Virus record (IMG/VR): IMGVR_UViG_3300045988_171858
Direction: 5' to 3' (one strand)
Source of the DNA: a virus
Length of the DNA: 64,000 bases
The stretch's first letter is position 1; each line of letters starts with the position of its first letter. Positions 39,132 to 48,332 of the stretch are shown here, one piece after another. The position numbers and the translations under genes were made by a program. The notes under the pieces were generated by a model. The model was not told where the DNA came from. It ran no database searches and saw only the letters and a program-made list of their open reading frames with translations.

Positions 39132-40406
39132 TTATCTTGTAGAGATTGTTACATCTCTAAGCCCATTAAAATCACGAACAACATCAATATCAGCAGTCTT
39201 AATGTAAAATGGGCCAAACCGTATAGTTGTTTTATTGATCTTGACGCCAGGGCTAACTTCCGGTTCAAAGTCGGCCATAGTGATGAACACTTTCGTGCCC
39301 TCATCGTCATCAGATCTATTGTCCCTAATTTTGTTCAGAACGGTTCTAAACTTAATAGGAGACGGAATCCCAGTCATATTGACTGTAATTTCTTCGAAGA
39401 CGGACGCAGCCTCGTCATCGGGGCTAGAAGTATCAACAGTTAAATCCAAAACAGAATTTATAATACAGTCAATACCAGTGCCTCTATAACTAGGCTTAGC
39501 TGTAATAAAGCACTGCAGATACTTCCCTACAGCAAACAGCTCTTTATTAGGCTCATAGACGTTGGAGAATGCAGTTAAGGCATAATCCCTGCCATGTATA
39601 TCCTTAGCTTCAATAAAGGCCATAGGCTTACCATTTTTAGTGGTAATAACCCTAACCTTAGAAACCTGACATACAGTGGCTCCATGATAACCTCCGGCTT
39701 CAGCGACTTCACGTTCAATAAAAGCAGAATCATGATGCACATCCTTAACACCCTTGGTAATAACATCCATAGGGTTACCTGAAATGTATACACCAATCAA
39801 TTCTTTTTCTGATTCCAGGATTTCAAGAAGCGTAAATTCCTTAAACAATGGGTCAACGAAATACGTATGCTCCAGCTTGCAGAATTCCTTGATTCTCTCT
39901 TCAGCTTCAGTAGTTAAGCCTTTAGCTGCCCTGCATTCCTTCTTCAATCTGCCCTTAGGGTCAAAATCAAGAATGAACTTAGAGTACGAACGAATAAGTA
40001 CACTTCGTTTATATCCAAAAGAATCGACCGCGCCGGAAAGGATTAAACTATCACAAACCTTCTTATTGATATTAGTAGTCAACAAATAAGTTCTAAGAAG
40101 AAAATCCCCAAAACTACTATAAGGTCTAAGTTCAATCAATTTACTAACAGCACCATCACCAATCCCACGAATACCAGACAAACCATAAATAATATCATTG
40201 TTACGATTAAGACCAAAAGTACCAACAGATTCATTCAGGTCGGGCGGCAAGATATTAATACCTTTAGAAACAGCATCTTCCATATAGGTTTTCTTCATAG
40301 GAGGATCAGTTTCACAAGTAATAATAGAGCAATAAAACTCTTCCGGATAATTGGCTTTAAGCCATGCAGTGTAGTAAGTCAAATGACCATAGGAGTACGC
40401 ATGCGA
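39132..40406 (-). CDS. dnaE: DNA polymerase III alpha-type polymerase, C-gene, last exon
   Basis: Begins SHAYSYGHLTYYTAWLKANYPEEF (DnaE 'KSHa.aYa...AyLKahYP.eF' motif), then an OB-fold-like C-terminus. The TTG 'start' in the ORF track is the intron 3' end. Confidence 0.85.
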   Translation of the reverse strand, partial: SHAYSYGHLTYYTAWLKANYPEEFYCSIITCETDPPMKKTYMEDAVSKGINILPPDLNESVGTFGLNRNNDIIYGLSGIRGIGDGAVSKLIELRPYSSFGDFLLRTYLLTTNINKKVCDSLILSGAVDSFGYKRSVLIRSYSKFILDFDPKGRLKKECRAAKGLTTEAEERIKEFCKLEHTYFVDPLFKEFTLLEILESEKELIGVYISGNPMDVITKGVKDVHHDSAFIEREVAEAGGYHGATVCQVSKVRVITTKNGKPMAFIEAKDIHGRDYALTAFSNVYEPNKELFAVGKYLQCFITAKPSYRGTGIDCIINSVLDLTVDTSSPDDEAASVFEEITVNMTGIPSPIKFRTVLNKIRDNRSDDDEGTKVFITMADFEPEVSPGVKINKTTIRFGPFYIKTADIDVVRDFNGLRDVTISTR

Positions 40407-40675
40407 CAATTGTTACCCTAGAGGCTTTTTATCCTCTAGCTCTATGGATACTTTACACTCTCCATAGTTCGGCATATATTTTCTTCCCATAGGGAAGGCG
40501 GACACTCTTGGGCGGATTATATTCTCTAACGAGTTTCACCGCCTATGCTCTACAATGGTTTAAGATGTTAACCTTAAACTTATCTCGGTATTAGGAACAC
40601 AAGGCAAATCCTTTCACCGATTTTGCCCACTGATAATCTAATATATTACTATACTAGACGCCTCGCATTATTCAA
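40407..40675 (-). mobile_element. group I intron i7 (family 2, ~269 nt) in dnaE
   Basis: P AAAUCGGUGAAAGG, Q CUAAUACCGAGAU, R GUAGAGCAUAGG, S GAAAAUAUAUGCCGAAC, 3' end GGGUAACAAUUG|UCG. P1 pairs AUGCU (exon) with GGCGU. Coordinates +/-2. Confidence 0.7.
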
Positions 40676-40683
40676 AGCATTAA
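40676..40683 (-). CDS. dnaE: dnaE mini-exon (~8 nt, UUAAUGCU)
   Basis: With the last nt of the previous exon it encodes F-N-A, restoring ARYA-FNA-SHAYSYG (compare AGYGFNKSH). A 5-nt version is also in frame. Confidence 0.5.
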
Positions 40684-40980
40684 CAAATATGTTCAACCTC
40701 ATTCGCAAGTTGAGGTCCGTTATTAATAACTGCTCTATGTTTCCATAGAAGTTCAGACTATATCATATCCTCCGGCATTATCCGGTAAGGCACCAATAAG
40801 GTGTCTACATAGAGGAATAAATCCACTGTAGAATTCCCATTTTCAGACATCATAAGCTTATGCCTTACGCTTTTCAGCTAGTCGTTGAACCTGTCCGTAG
40901 ACGTGGCTGCTGATTCCCTAAACGGGTTCCAGCAATTAACGGGATTATCATTTGTATATTTCTATACAAAGGCGCCAATG
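40684..40980 (-). mobile_element. group I intron i6 (family 1, ~297 nt) in dnaE
   Basis: Closely resembles the nrdA intron: UUUGUAUAGAAAUAUACAA, P UUAAUUGCUGGAAC, Q GGAAUCAGCAGCC, R GGUUCAACGACUAGCU, S GAUAUGAUAUAGUCUGAAC, 3' end GAACAUAUUUG|. P1 pairs GCGU with GCGC. Confidence 0.75.
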
Positions 40981-41107
40981 ACGCATACCTCGCAAACTCC
41001 AGGAGCTCTTCCCAGAATTGCGCTACTTCTTGTTTATCTTCACCATTGGCCACTGCACCATTGATGAAGTCCTCTCTGAGTGATGCCAGTTTGGCTGCAT
41101 CTTTTTT
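40981..41107 (-). CDS. dnaE: dnaE C-gene exon (KKDAAKLASLREDFINGAVANGEDKQEVAQFWEELLEFARYA)
   Basis: Matches the DnaE 'gKKk...m...F..Ga..nG......if..i..FagY' region. Confidence 0.8.
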
Positions 41108-41351
41108 CAATTATGTTATCCCGCCGGCTTTTTATCCGGCAGTTCTTATACTCCATATTCGTATAAGTTCGGCGTACATTTTCATCCCATTGGGATGTCG
41201 AACACTCTTGGAGATATTATATCTTTTCAATCTCTACGCTCTACGGTGGTTTACAGTTCCTGTAAACTTACCTCGGTATTAGCATCTCAGCCTTCACCGA
41301 TTTTGCTCGATACACACTGCATCATTACTGAAGCAGGGGGCAATTAAAATT
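41108..41351 (-). mobile_element. group I intron i5 (family 2, 244 nt) in dnaE
   Basis: 5' splice site GGU|AAUUUU, P AAAUCGGUGAAGG, Q CUAAUACCGAGG, R GUAGAGCGUAGAG, S GAAAAUGUACGCCGAAC, 3' end GGGAUAACAUAAUUG|AAA. Confidence 0.75.
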
Positions 41352-41422
41352 ACCAACAGCCTTTCTTAAAACATCAGCTTTAATATCAGAGAAGCCGCAC
41401 ATTTCTTTTGATAATCGGAGGA
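41352..41422 (-). CDS. dnaE: dnaE C-gene exon (..LRLSKEMCGFSDIKADVLRKAVG)
   Basis: Matches the DnaE '..aGfs..eaD.lRrAmgKK' region. In frame only when joined to the flanking exons. Confidence 0.75.
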
Positions 41423-41700
41423 CAATTTGTTATCCCAAAGGCTTTTTATCCTTTGGCTCTATATCTACTTTTGCTCTCGATATAGTTCGGCATACATTTT
41501 CACCATATTGAAAATCAACTTAGGTGCCGGCCACTCGTGGAATCATTATATTCTCCATTGGAGTTTCAGATTCTATGCTCTACGATGCTCCGCGTCATTT
41601 AAATGCGAAGTTATCTCGGTATTAGGATAAAAGCAAAATCCCTTCACCGATATTGGCCAGTAATAATAAAAAGTATTTCTACTTTAAACGTCCCTCTTAG
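41423..41700 (-). mobile_element. group I intron i4 (family 2, ~278 nt) in dnaE
   Basis: P AAUAUCGGUGAAGGG, Q CUAAUACCGAGAU, R GUAGAGCAUAGAA, S GAAAAUGUAUGCCGAAC, 3' end GGGAUAACAAAUUG|. The 5' boundary is uncertain by a few nt. Confidence 0.7.
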
Positions 41701-41839
41701 AACCTTCCTGAAAAATCAATTCGTTATGTGCGTTACTAAAAATGTGGTCATACTTAGGAAATCTAAATTTCGTTGGAGGAAGCTCTCCTGAAATCTTTCC
41801 TATAATTCGTTGTACCAATCCGGGGATATTAAGCGGTCC
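41701..41839 (-). CDS. dnaE: dnaE C-gene exon (GPLNIPGLVQRIIGK...NELIFQEG)
   Basis: Continues YRP|GP.. and ends at the conserved (Y/F)QE motif. Confidence 0.75.
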
Positions 41840-42091
41840 CAGAAATGCAATACAACGGTATCTGGTATTTCTATCAGGATTGGACTATCTCATCACCATA
41901 TCAAATGACTTAGGTGTCGGGCGCTGTATCTGGTAATTAAGAACACTATAGTTCTCCAGTAGTCTCTGCACCTTCTTATGGTGTACCATAAGCTTGGCTC
42001 AGGATTGCCTTATCTTAAATTAAGACTTAGGTTTCCCTGAGTTCACCCGATTTTAACCTAACTGTTTCCAATTAGGGCCCCAGACCGCTTT
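41840..42091 (-). mobile_element. group I intron i3 (family 1-like, 252 nt) in dnaE
   Basis: 5' splice site CCU|AAAGCGG with P1 GCCCU/GGGGC, R GUGCAGAGACUACUGG, S GAUGAGAUAGUCCAAUCC, terminal G before GGACCG. Confidence 0.75.
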
Positions 42092-42338
42092 AGGGCGATA
42101 TGTACTAACAATTACTGCAATATCATGAATCGTTTTGGGTTTACAGGCATTAACAAATCCAGACATACCTGCCTCTTCAAATTGAAAGATACCATAGTTC
42201 CTTTCATTCCAAAGAACCTTATACGCTGCCTCGTTGTCCATTGGTAAATTATACCAATCAATATCAATGCCGTGACGCTTCTTAATCAGCTCTCTTGCAA
42301 AGTTAAGAACTGTAAGCGTCTTTAACCCAAGGATGTCT
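42092..42338 (-). CDS. dnaE: dnaE C-gene exon (DILGLKTLTV...GIFQFEEAGMSGF...VSTYRP)
   Basis: Contains the DnaE motifs 'KmDfLGLk.L' (completed across the splice junction) and 'GvFQlES.gm'. The frame was checked against ORF 42053..42241. Confidence 0.85.
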
Positions 42339-42606
42339 CAAAATTTTGTATAATCAATACAAGGGTGGGCTTTTTATCCCAACCGTCCAGACTTCTTTTT
42401 AATCTGGTTTGGCATACTTTTTCAACCGTTCTGGTTGCACCGGCCTCGTGGGGATATTATATTCTATTTAAATAGGTTCAATCCCTATGCTCTGCGCCTG
42501 ACTAAATTTTTAAATCTAGCCTTCGGTCTCGAGTTAGCATCACAGCCTTCTCGCTTAATTCCGGTGTGATAATCCATAATGTTCCCACTATGGACGCCAG
42601 ATATCT
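42339..42606 (-). mobile_element. group I intron i2 (family 2, 268 nt) in dnaE
   Basis: Close relative of the recA intron: GGAAUUAAGCGAGAA, CGAGACCGAAGG, R GCAGAGCAUAGGG, S GAAAAAGUAUGCCAAAC, 3' end ACAAAAUUUUG|AGAC. Splicing gives VK-L-DILGLK. Confidence 0.8.
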
Positions 42607-43547
42607 AGCTTCACGACATTTGACGTTTCTTCAATCTTATTGCCCTCCCATTGAATAGCAGGGGAGCCCTTACTATCCCAGAGTGGCACATCTTCCCATA
42701 GAGGACGGTCAGACAATGCAACGCCACAGTTATGAACAACTACGCCATTAGCAATATAAGAAGAGTCATCTAATACGGTAAAGTTATATACATCAACCTC
42801 TGAGTCAAGATCTTTAGCAAAGGCTTTGGATACATCAAGAACTTTTCTTGCATATCTTAAATCTTCCTTGTCGTTGATGCCTATCACACCATACCCTGCA
42901 ACAATAGACTTTGCCTCTGACCATATCAATTGCCCTTTAAATTCGCCATTACCTTGCGGTTCAATTGGATCAATGAGCCCAATCGGGTGATTCGAGGTAC
43001 AAACAAAATGGTTAAAATCGTCATACTTAGAACATTGGTAAGATATGTGCAAAAGGTCTTCTTTTCGGACCTTGTTGACTTGAATCTCAACTACCTCTTT
43101 CCATCTTAACATATGGGTTAAGGCATAATATCCAGGCTTAACATCCTGAATATTCATAAGTCGAGGGGCATCATTTTCAGATGTTTTTATATAAACCTTT
43201 GTATCTGCTATGAAACAGGCATGAAGACCAGTGGCCGCCAAACAGTCACTAAGACTAATTGCATCATCCCAGACCTCTTTTACTTCAGGGTCTGAGTCAT
43301 ATAATGCCTTAATGGAATCGTCCTCTTTAAGCAATACATCAAGTGGAGGGCAATCAAGCTCCGGCATCATGCCGGATATCTTATTGGCCTTTTCAAAGCC
43401 CATACCATGAATACGTGCAGCGTCTTTAAAGGCCTTTTTGCCGCCGGTGTATGTTAAGGTGCCCAAATGAGCAAATCCATCACCATACTTCTCCTTGAGC
43501 ATTTCGAAAACTTCAGGCCGACGTTCTTTCTCTACGTCGGAATCAAT
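42607..43547 (-). CDS. dnaE: dnaE C-gene exon with in-frame mini-intein
   Basis: IDSDVEKERRPEVFEMLKEKYGDGFAHLGTLTYTGGKKAFKDAARIHG..., then ..TGLHA[intein]CGVALSDRPLWEDVPL. Confidence 0.85.
42729..43217 (-). mobile_element. mini-intein (163 aa) in dnaE C-gene
   Basis: HA|CFIADTKVYI... (block A), ...VYNFTVLDDSSYIANGVVVHN|CG (blocks F/G). Interrupts the conserved 'HAaGvvi' motif. Confidence 0.85.
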
Positions 43548-43800
43548 CGTTTATGTTCAGTATAGGTCGTTAATCTATACCCGGTACAAAACCAGCTCTA
43601 TGTCGCCATAGAGACCAGACTATCTCATCACCATGTCCATGAGGATTTAGGTGCTCTGCGCTTCGAACCACTTGGCCCTACATAATAGTCGTTACACGTC
43701 CTTCGCTTTCGCAAAGTTTCGCACGGTATTGTCTTCTAGAGAGTTTCACCGTTTTCACAGAGTTTTCTGTTGTCAATTTCTTGACAAAGGGACTATTTTA
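43548..43800 (-). mobile_element. group I intron i1 (family 1-like, 253 nt) in dnaE
   Basis: 5' splice site GGAU|UAAAAUAGUCC (P1 GGAU/GUCC), R GUGUAACGACUAUUAUG, S GAUGAGAUAGUCUGGUC, 3' end GAACAUAAACG|AUU. Splicing gives GGGFPD|IDSDVE (the PDxDxD catalytic motif). Confidence 0.8.
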
Positions 43801-44061
43801 ATCCGGGAAGCCGCCACCAACAGTATGAACCTTACCGGTCGGCGGGGTTGTTACGATTCCGAGTAGATAAGCAATAGAAGAATTAGCCTCATTATCCTCA
43901 ATATTTCTAACACTCGCATTATACAGATTCAAATAATACGAATCGATATGATGCAATTCACAATGATTCAATTCGAACATAATATTTGCTTTATGCTCTT
44001 TGAACCAATCGGTATCAGAATAAGAAAGAACTAACTCTCTTAAGTTTTTATGCTCAGCCAT
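43801..44061 (-). CDS. dnaE: dnaE C-gene exon 1 (divergent duplicate of the palm segment)
   Basis: The likely start is the ATG at 44061, which overlaps the upstream stop (AAATGGCTGA). It ends ...SSIAYLLGIVTTPPTGKVHTVGGGFPD. The ORF track opens at 44145. Confidence 0.6.
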
Positions 44062-45121
44062 TTTCTTTGCCCATGTAATATGCCAATGGTTGAACCATAT
44101 AGGCGATTCTATCCTCAATACTTGATTCTTTTGGAAGCAAATCAATAATCAGGGCCTTCATTTGACCTTTGATTTCCGCAGAATGAGGTTTAGTACAATC
44201 AAAAGCAACCGGTTCCGCCGACACAAGTGGGATCACCTTGTCACCAAATTTAACATAGCTTCCATCTTGAACTGGACTGACCGGAACAAACAGGCGAATA
44301 CGTCTGGTGTCAAAGTTAATTGTGTCAGTATGCTCAGAGACTACACAGTCTTCAAATTCCTCAACTTCAACGCCGGCAACAATATAATCGTTATCTTTGT
44401 TGTATTGTTCAATCTGCAATTCAAGTCCGACCATAGTAAGATGGGCTAATGGAGTTCTGTGTGCCTTAGGATTAACAAGGCCCGCGGCATACAAGAAATT
44501 AGTATTCCAAACACCAGAAAGTTTATCCATACTATTAGGATACATACCGATAGTTTCTACGATAGTATCTAACAGTCCAGTATTCTTAAACAATTTGAAA
44601 TCGGGAATACGGATATGCCCAGAATCACAACTATCCGCATAAATGAAGCTACCTTCAATTACTTCTGTATAGCTCATAGTTGGCTTCAAGAAGCTTGAAT
44701 TATAGCTCCTATCAGGAGGACAAGTAACAATAAAGGCATAAATACCAGCGCCGCCAAGATGTTCAAAATCAGTACCGCGATTGATTTCAAAACAGAGTTC
44801 AGTCGCTTTCGACTCATAGTGTTCCCCATTGTATTTTAAAGAAGATTGGAACAAAGGAATCAGAAAGCTCAGGGTGCCGGGAGGTTCATACCCATAAGGA
44901 TGACCTTTCAGTTCCCCGGACTTACCAGGAATCCAAATGCCGCATAAGGCATTCAAGCCCTCTTCGCAGACTTCATAGCCTTCGGCAAGCTCTTGGGCAA
45001 TCTTCATGCCGAAATCACCGGGCTTTTCATTCACATTGCCGAAATAACCATAGCGCCCAAGATTCGAATATTTGATATCCGCGTAAACGCCTCTAAGCAT
45101 GTATATAGGTGAGTCTTTCAT
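44054..45121 (-). CDS. hypothetical protein (355 aa), last gene of the dnaE-splitting cassette
   Basis: ORF only, with no motif I can name. Translationally coupled to the dnaE C-gene. Confidence 0.75.
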   Translation of the reverse strand: MKDSPIYMLRGVYADIKYSNLGRYGYFGNVNEKPGDFGMKIAQELAEGYEVCEEGLNALCGIWIPGKSGELKGHPYGYEPPGTLSFLIPLFQSSLKYNGEHYESKATELCFEINRGTDFEHLGGAGIYAFIVTCPPDRSYNSSFLKPTMSYTEVIEGSFIYADSCDSGHIRIPDFKLFKNTGLLDTIVETIGMYPNSMDKLSGVWNTNFLYAAGLVNPKAHRTPLAHLTMVGLELQIEQYNKDNDYIVAGVEVEEFEDCVVSEHTDTINFDTRRIRLFVPVSPVQDGSYVKFGDKVIPLVSAEPVAFDCTKPHSAEIKGQMKALIIDLLPKESSIEDRIAYMVQPLAYYMGKENG

Positions 45122-45136
45122 TTTCTAATTCCTTTA

Positions 45137-45811
45137 TCATTCGGCTAAACCCGCTTTTGCCAGGCCATAAAATACGCCAGTATCGCCATTCCAACTTTGG
45201 AATTTTTCGGCAATAACATGAAGCTCAGTAATGTCCATAGTTAACAATGGGAACTCCTCAAAGAAGCTCTTAGTAGATAGGCCACCATAGCCAACCATAA
45301 TGCCGCCGGGACGAAGAAGTTTTTCATAGACCTGGGTAGAATAAATATTCGTAGGGTCAAGAGCAAGTTCATCAGTCAAATCACAAACAATTAGGTCATA
45401 AGTCTCAGATTGTTCGTTATGCTCAGCCAAGAAGGTTTGAATGTCTTTCTCTACGATAGTTAAAAATGCCTTGCCGGTCATGGCTGCATATTGCTTTTTA
45501 AATTGGTTAGCAGCAGCAGTATGATGAGGCTTAAACTTGGTAAAGTATTCCGTAATGCCTGGGTCCACAATTGTAATGCGGTTATCATAGGACAGGAATG
45601 TACATTCGCTGATTAACTGGAAATCACCACCGCCAATAACAAGGATATTGTTCCATTCTTCCGGAGCCTTATTATCAGGGAACATTCTTTGGTATACTTT
45701 ATGGAACATTCGGGGATATTTGAAATAATCCCGGCCAGTTGCCCATTGGATCAAACCGTCAATGTAATAACCAAACGACCCGCCCGGGCCCTTTTTAAAC
45801 TCAAGCTCCAT
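45137..45811 (-). CDS. spermidine-synthase-like (class I SAM-binding fold) transferase
   Basis: ILVIGGGDFQLISE (compare SpeE GGGDGG), ITIVDPG, and YDLIVCDLTDELALDP (compare SpeE D-x-x-D-P), then L..GGIMV. Confidence 0.55.
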   Translation of the reverse strand: MELEFKKGPGGSFGYYIDGLIQWATGRDYFKYPRMFHKVYQRMFPDNKAPEEWNNILVIGGGDFQLISECTFLSYDNRITIVDPGITEYFTKFKPHHTAAANQFKKQYAAMTGKAFLTIVEKDIQTFLAEHNEQSETYDLIVCDLTDELALDPTNIYSTQVYEKLLRPGGIMVGYGGLSTKSFFEEFPLLTMDITELHVIAEKFQSWNGDTGVFYGLAKAGLAE

Positions 45812-46394
45812 ATCTTCTTACCTCATCAAAAACAAAACAGTTATCCTTGTCGATATCTGTAACATTATACTTCTTAATAACATCTTCCTTAGTAGGGAAG
45901 TCCCTCGTTTCACCATAAAGAATACGATACTCTTCAGCAATCATGCTCTCTTTTAAGCAAGGAACGACGGATTGGGCAGTAGAAACGATAAGTGGAGTCC
46001 ATGTGTTTACTTCACACGCATCGAATTCATCTTGGATTAAACAAGCCCGAATGCAAATTGCCTTGATAGCTTTAAGGATAGACATTTTGCATGAGCGAGG
46101 ATGGAGAAATATAGTACCGCCAATAATAGAATTTGTTCGGTCTAAGTCCTGACAGAAAAAGCCAACATCTTTTTGTCCGTTGTTGACGACATATAGGTCT
46201 TGCGGCGCCTTTGGATAGATGTACCGTTTAAACCAGTCAAAGTTATAACACTTATGCAGCTCTTCCTCACGGATACCAAACTCCTTCAACCAGTCCTCAA
46301 ATGTCCCGCTATAATCATTGATAACCCAGTCTTTATTGGAACATTCCACAAGCCATTCAAAATCGGCTTCTGTTGCTTTTCGTACTAAAACCAT
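45801..46394 (-). CDS. hypothetical protein (197 aa), weak GNAT-like N-terminus
   Basis: VRKATEADFEWL resembles GNAT starts, but no clear acetyl-CoA motif is present. Overlaps both neighbours. Confidence 0.6.
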   Translation of the reverse strand: MVLVRKATEADFEWLVECSNKDWVINDYSGTFEDWLKEFGIREEELHKCYNFDWFKRYIYPKAPQDLYVVNNGQKDVGFFCQDLDRTNSIIGGTIFLHPRSCKMSILKAIKAICIRACLIQDEFDACEVNTWTPLIVSTAQSVVPCLKESMIAEEYRILYGETRDFPTKEDVIKKYNVTDIDKDNCFVFDEVRRYGA

Positions 46395-47518
46395 CAGTCT
46401 TCTCTCTCAACTTCTTCCTGCTCAATAGCTATTTTTAATAGCTCATCAACTTTAGGATAAAAATAATCAATTATCTCAGACAGATTATCAGCCTGAGAAT
46501 TTACGGCAACGATTGTAGAGTACATAGGTTTTACTACAAAATCTTGCCATGAATCAGATAGCCAATACAGATCGTTTTCAACACCTGCCTGTCTATACTG
46601 TATATTCTTAACTGGACAATGGGTTAAGTCTTTCTCGTTTTGTTCAACTATAGGAAAAGACTCATTGTCAGATTTTAGGTTATTCTTATTGAAGAATTGA
46701 ATAACCTTTGGAGAATAGAACATCTCTTCTTCGTTTGCTGCATGATCACGGCACATATAAATGTTACCGCGCGGCGAAATAGCCCTTACGTTCTTTGAGC
46801 ATAAATCCTTATCGCCTTGATGATACCAAGATGCAGCCAATAGCTCTTTCGCTACAAACAGAGACTTATCTTCTCCGGAAATATAAATATCCCTAGAAAT
46901 CTCCATAATGCCTTTAAATAAAGCACCAAAGAAATCTCTAGGGATGATAACAGCTTTGTCTGTTCTATATATTGTTACCGGCTCGTAACTAAACGTATCG
47001 ACACCAAGCGTCGAGAAGAATTTGTAATTATCAAACATATTCTCAAATTTAGCCCGACCATACAGAACAGAACTCAAAGTAATATCAAGCTCATCTGATT
47101 TTCGCATTGCTCTAATATTATTCAGAACAGCTTCAAACTGAGCCTGACTTTCAAAACGTTGCTTATTCTCTTCAAAAGTAGAACCATCAAGAGAAATAAG
47201 AACTTCATCTAAAATATAAGACAGAGAAAGGACTTCTTCCTCCGTCCAGTCTTTAAATAATCCATTAGTGTACAATCTGGTACGAATGCCCATATCAAGA
47301 GAACTGCAAAAATCAATAATGTCAAACAGTTCTTTTTTATGGAGGGTAGGCTCACCGCCGTAAAACTCGACGATGGAACCTACCTTAGCATACTTCCTAA
47401 TGAAGTCTTTAATTTGATTTAAATCAGCCAATACTGGAGATTCATTCTTAGACTGTATACAGCAATAAGAACAATCCAAATCGCAATGATTACTGAACAC
47501 AACACTAAGAATATACAT
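46394..47518 (-). CDS. radical SAM enzyme (374 aa)
   Basis: CDLDCSYC (Cx3Cx2C) at aa 12-19, GGEPTL, and three further C-terminal Cys (possible auxiliary cluster). Confidence 0.85.
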   Translation of the reverse strand: MYILSVVFSNHCDLDCSYCCIQSKNESPVLADLNQIKDFIRKYAKVGSIVEFYGGEPTLHKKELFDIIDFCSSLDMGIRTRLYTNGLFKDWTEEEVLSLSYILDEVLISLDGSTFEENKQRFESQAQFEAVLNNIRAMRKSDELDITLSSVLYGRAKFENMFDNYKFFSTLGVDTFSYEPVTIYRTDKAVIIPRDFFGALFKGIMEISRDIYISGEDKSLFVAKELLAASWYHQGDKDLCSKNVRAISPRGNIYMCRDHAANEEEMFYSPKVIQFFNKNNLKSDNESFPIVEQNEKDLTHCPVKNIQYRQAGVENDLYWLSDSWQDFVVKPMYSTIVAVNSQADNLSEIIDYFYPKVDELLKIAIEQEEVERED

Positions 47519-47520
47519 CT

Positions 47521-48120
47521 TTAGTCCTTCACTGGGTTGTCTCTAAAATAAGCTTGCACTTGAGATGGAATTGCTTTACGGGCAGAATCATCCTCGTCGA
47601 AGAAGCCCATGATATAGTCATTGTAACCAAATCTGGTTTTGTAGACTTTGATCTTTTCGTAAAGCTCTTTTGTATATAACCACAACCAATCGGTTTCATA
47701 GTCAAATGCAAATTGGAATTTCAGATATTTAAAATCAGATTCCTGAATTCCATCAAGGGCAGTATAGCACTGATAGAGGTGGTCTACAAATTCGCGTAAA
47801 CCTCGAATATCAAGGCTTGCCAAATCTGCATCAGTACGAGGAAGTGCATACTTCTCACAATAGAAGCGGGAGAAACGTAACAATGGGTACTGTTCCGATT
47901 CCTTCTCAACTACTTCTAGTTCGGCATCAATAATACCCTTCAGAGTGTTATAGGCATAGAGAGAGTAATCATCATCCTCGATATTAGAGGCGAAATAGAA
48001 AATCTTTTCCGCCCGTTCCAATGAACCCTTTTCGGAAGCTTCAAGAACTTCCAGAGCCTTTTCATAGTTACCCTCGGCAACCGTCATCGTATTGTTGATT
48101 TCAAAAAAGCTAAGGGCCAT
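47521..48120 (-). CDS. hypothetical protein (199 aa)
   Basis: ORF with a 1-nt overlap to the upstream small ORF and a 2-nt gap to the radical SAM gene. Confidence 0.7.
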   Translation of the reverse strand: MALSFFEINNTMTVAEGNYEKALEVLEASEKGSLERAEKIFYFASNIEDDDYSLYAYNTLKGIIDAELEVVEKESEQYPLLRFSRFYCEKYALPRTDADLASLDIRGLREFVDHLYQCYTALDGIQESDFKYLKFQFAFDYETDWLWLYTKELYEKIKVYKTRFGYNDYIMGFFDEDDSARKAIPSQVQAYFRDNPVKD

Positions 48121-48332
48121 CAGCAGCCACCTCCAACATTATCTTGGTGTGTATGTGTATGAATCATCAGTGCCTCAATAACACGACGCATATCGTTAAT
48201 ATCTCGAACACTAATATCATCTTCTGTAGTTACCCGTCTAGAGACACCATTTCCAAACGGGAGTGCTTCTTGTCCTGAGCCATTAGTCCATTGCGGAACT
48301 GAAAAGCCCGTAGGAGAACTGGTTTCTGGCAT
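48120..48332 (-). CDS. small protein/peptide (70 aa) ending HTHTHQDNVGGGC
   Basis: ATG preceded by GAAAGGA. Coupled to the downstream genes. Single Cys at the C-terminus. Confidence 0.6.
   Translation of the reverse strand: MPETSSPTGFSVPQWTNGSGQEALPFGNGVSRRVTTEDDISVRDINDMRRVIEALMIHTHTHQDNVGGGC

Noticed and set aside
41046-41936. ORF-track entries 41046..41282, 41427..41630, 41603..41791 and 41742..41936 (+), and likewise 43651..43866 and 59974..60276, as genes.
   Set aside because: They lie antisense to, or inside, intron and exon sequence of the - strand dnaE and E1 genes. They start at non-ATG codons, have low-complexity hydrophobic translations and break the strand polarity of the block.
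40410-42600. Regularly recurring ~250-300-nt similar units separated by short unique segments, superficially like a repeat array or CRISPR-like locus.
   Set aside because: The units are far too long and divergent for CRISPR repeats. They carry group I P/Q/R/S core elements on the - strand, and the 'spacers' are in-frame DnaE exons whose junctions restore conserved motifs.
43798-45121. The 355-aa and 115-aa ORFs together as one large degenerate intein or frameshifted gene.
   Set aside because: There is no block A Cys after an extein-like sequence and no TxxH block B. The two frames overlap in a standard ATG..TGA coupling arrangement (AAATGGCTGA). The ..NEAN|SS junction is better explained as a decayed copy of the GPGRG-SAAGS region.
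45801-46394. Confident GNAT acetyltransferase call for the 197-aa cassette protein.
   Set aside because: Only the N-terminal 'VRKATEADFEWL' resembles GNAT proteins. The acetyl-CoA-binding (R/Q)xxGxG/A motif is not evident, so it is left as hypothetical.
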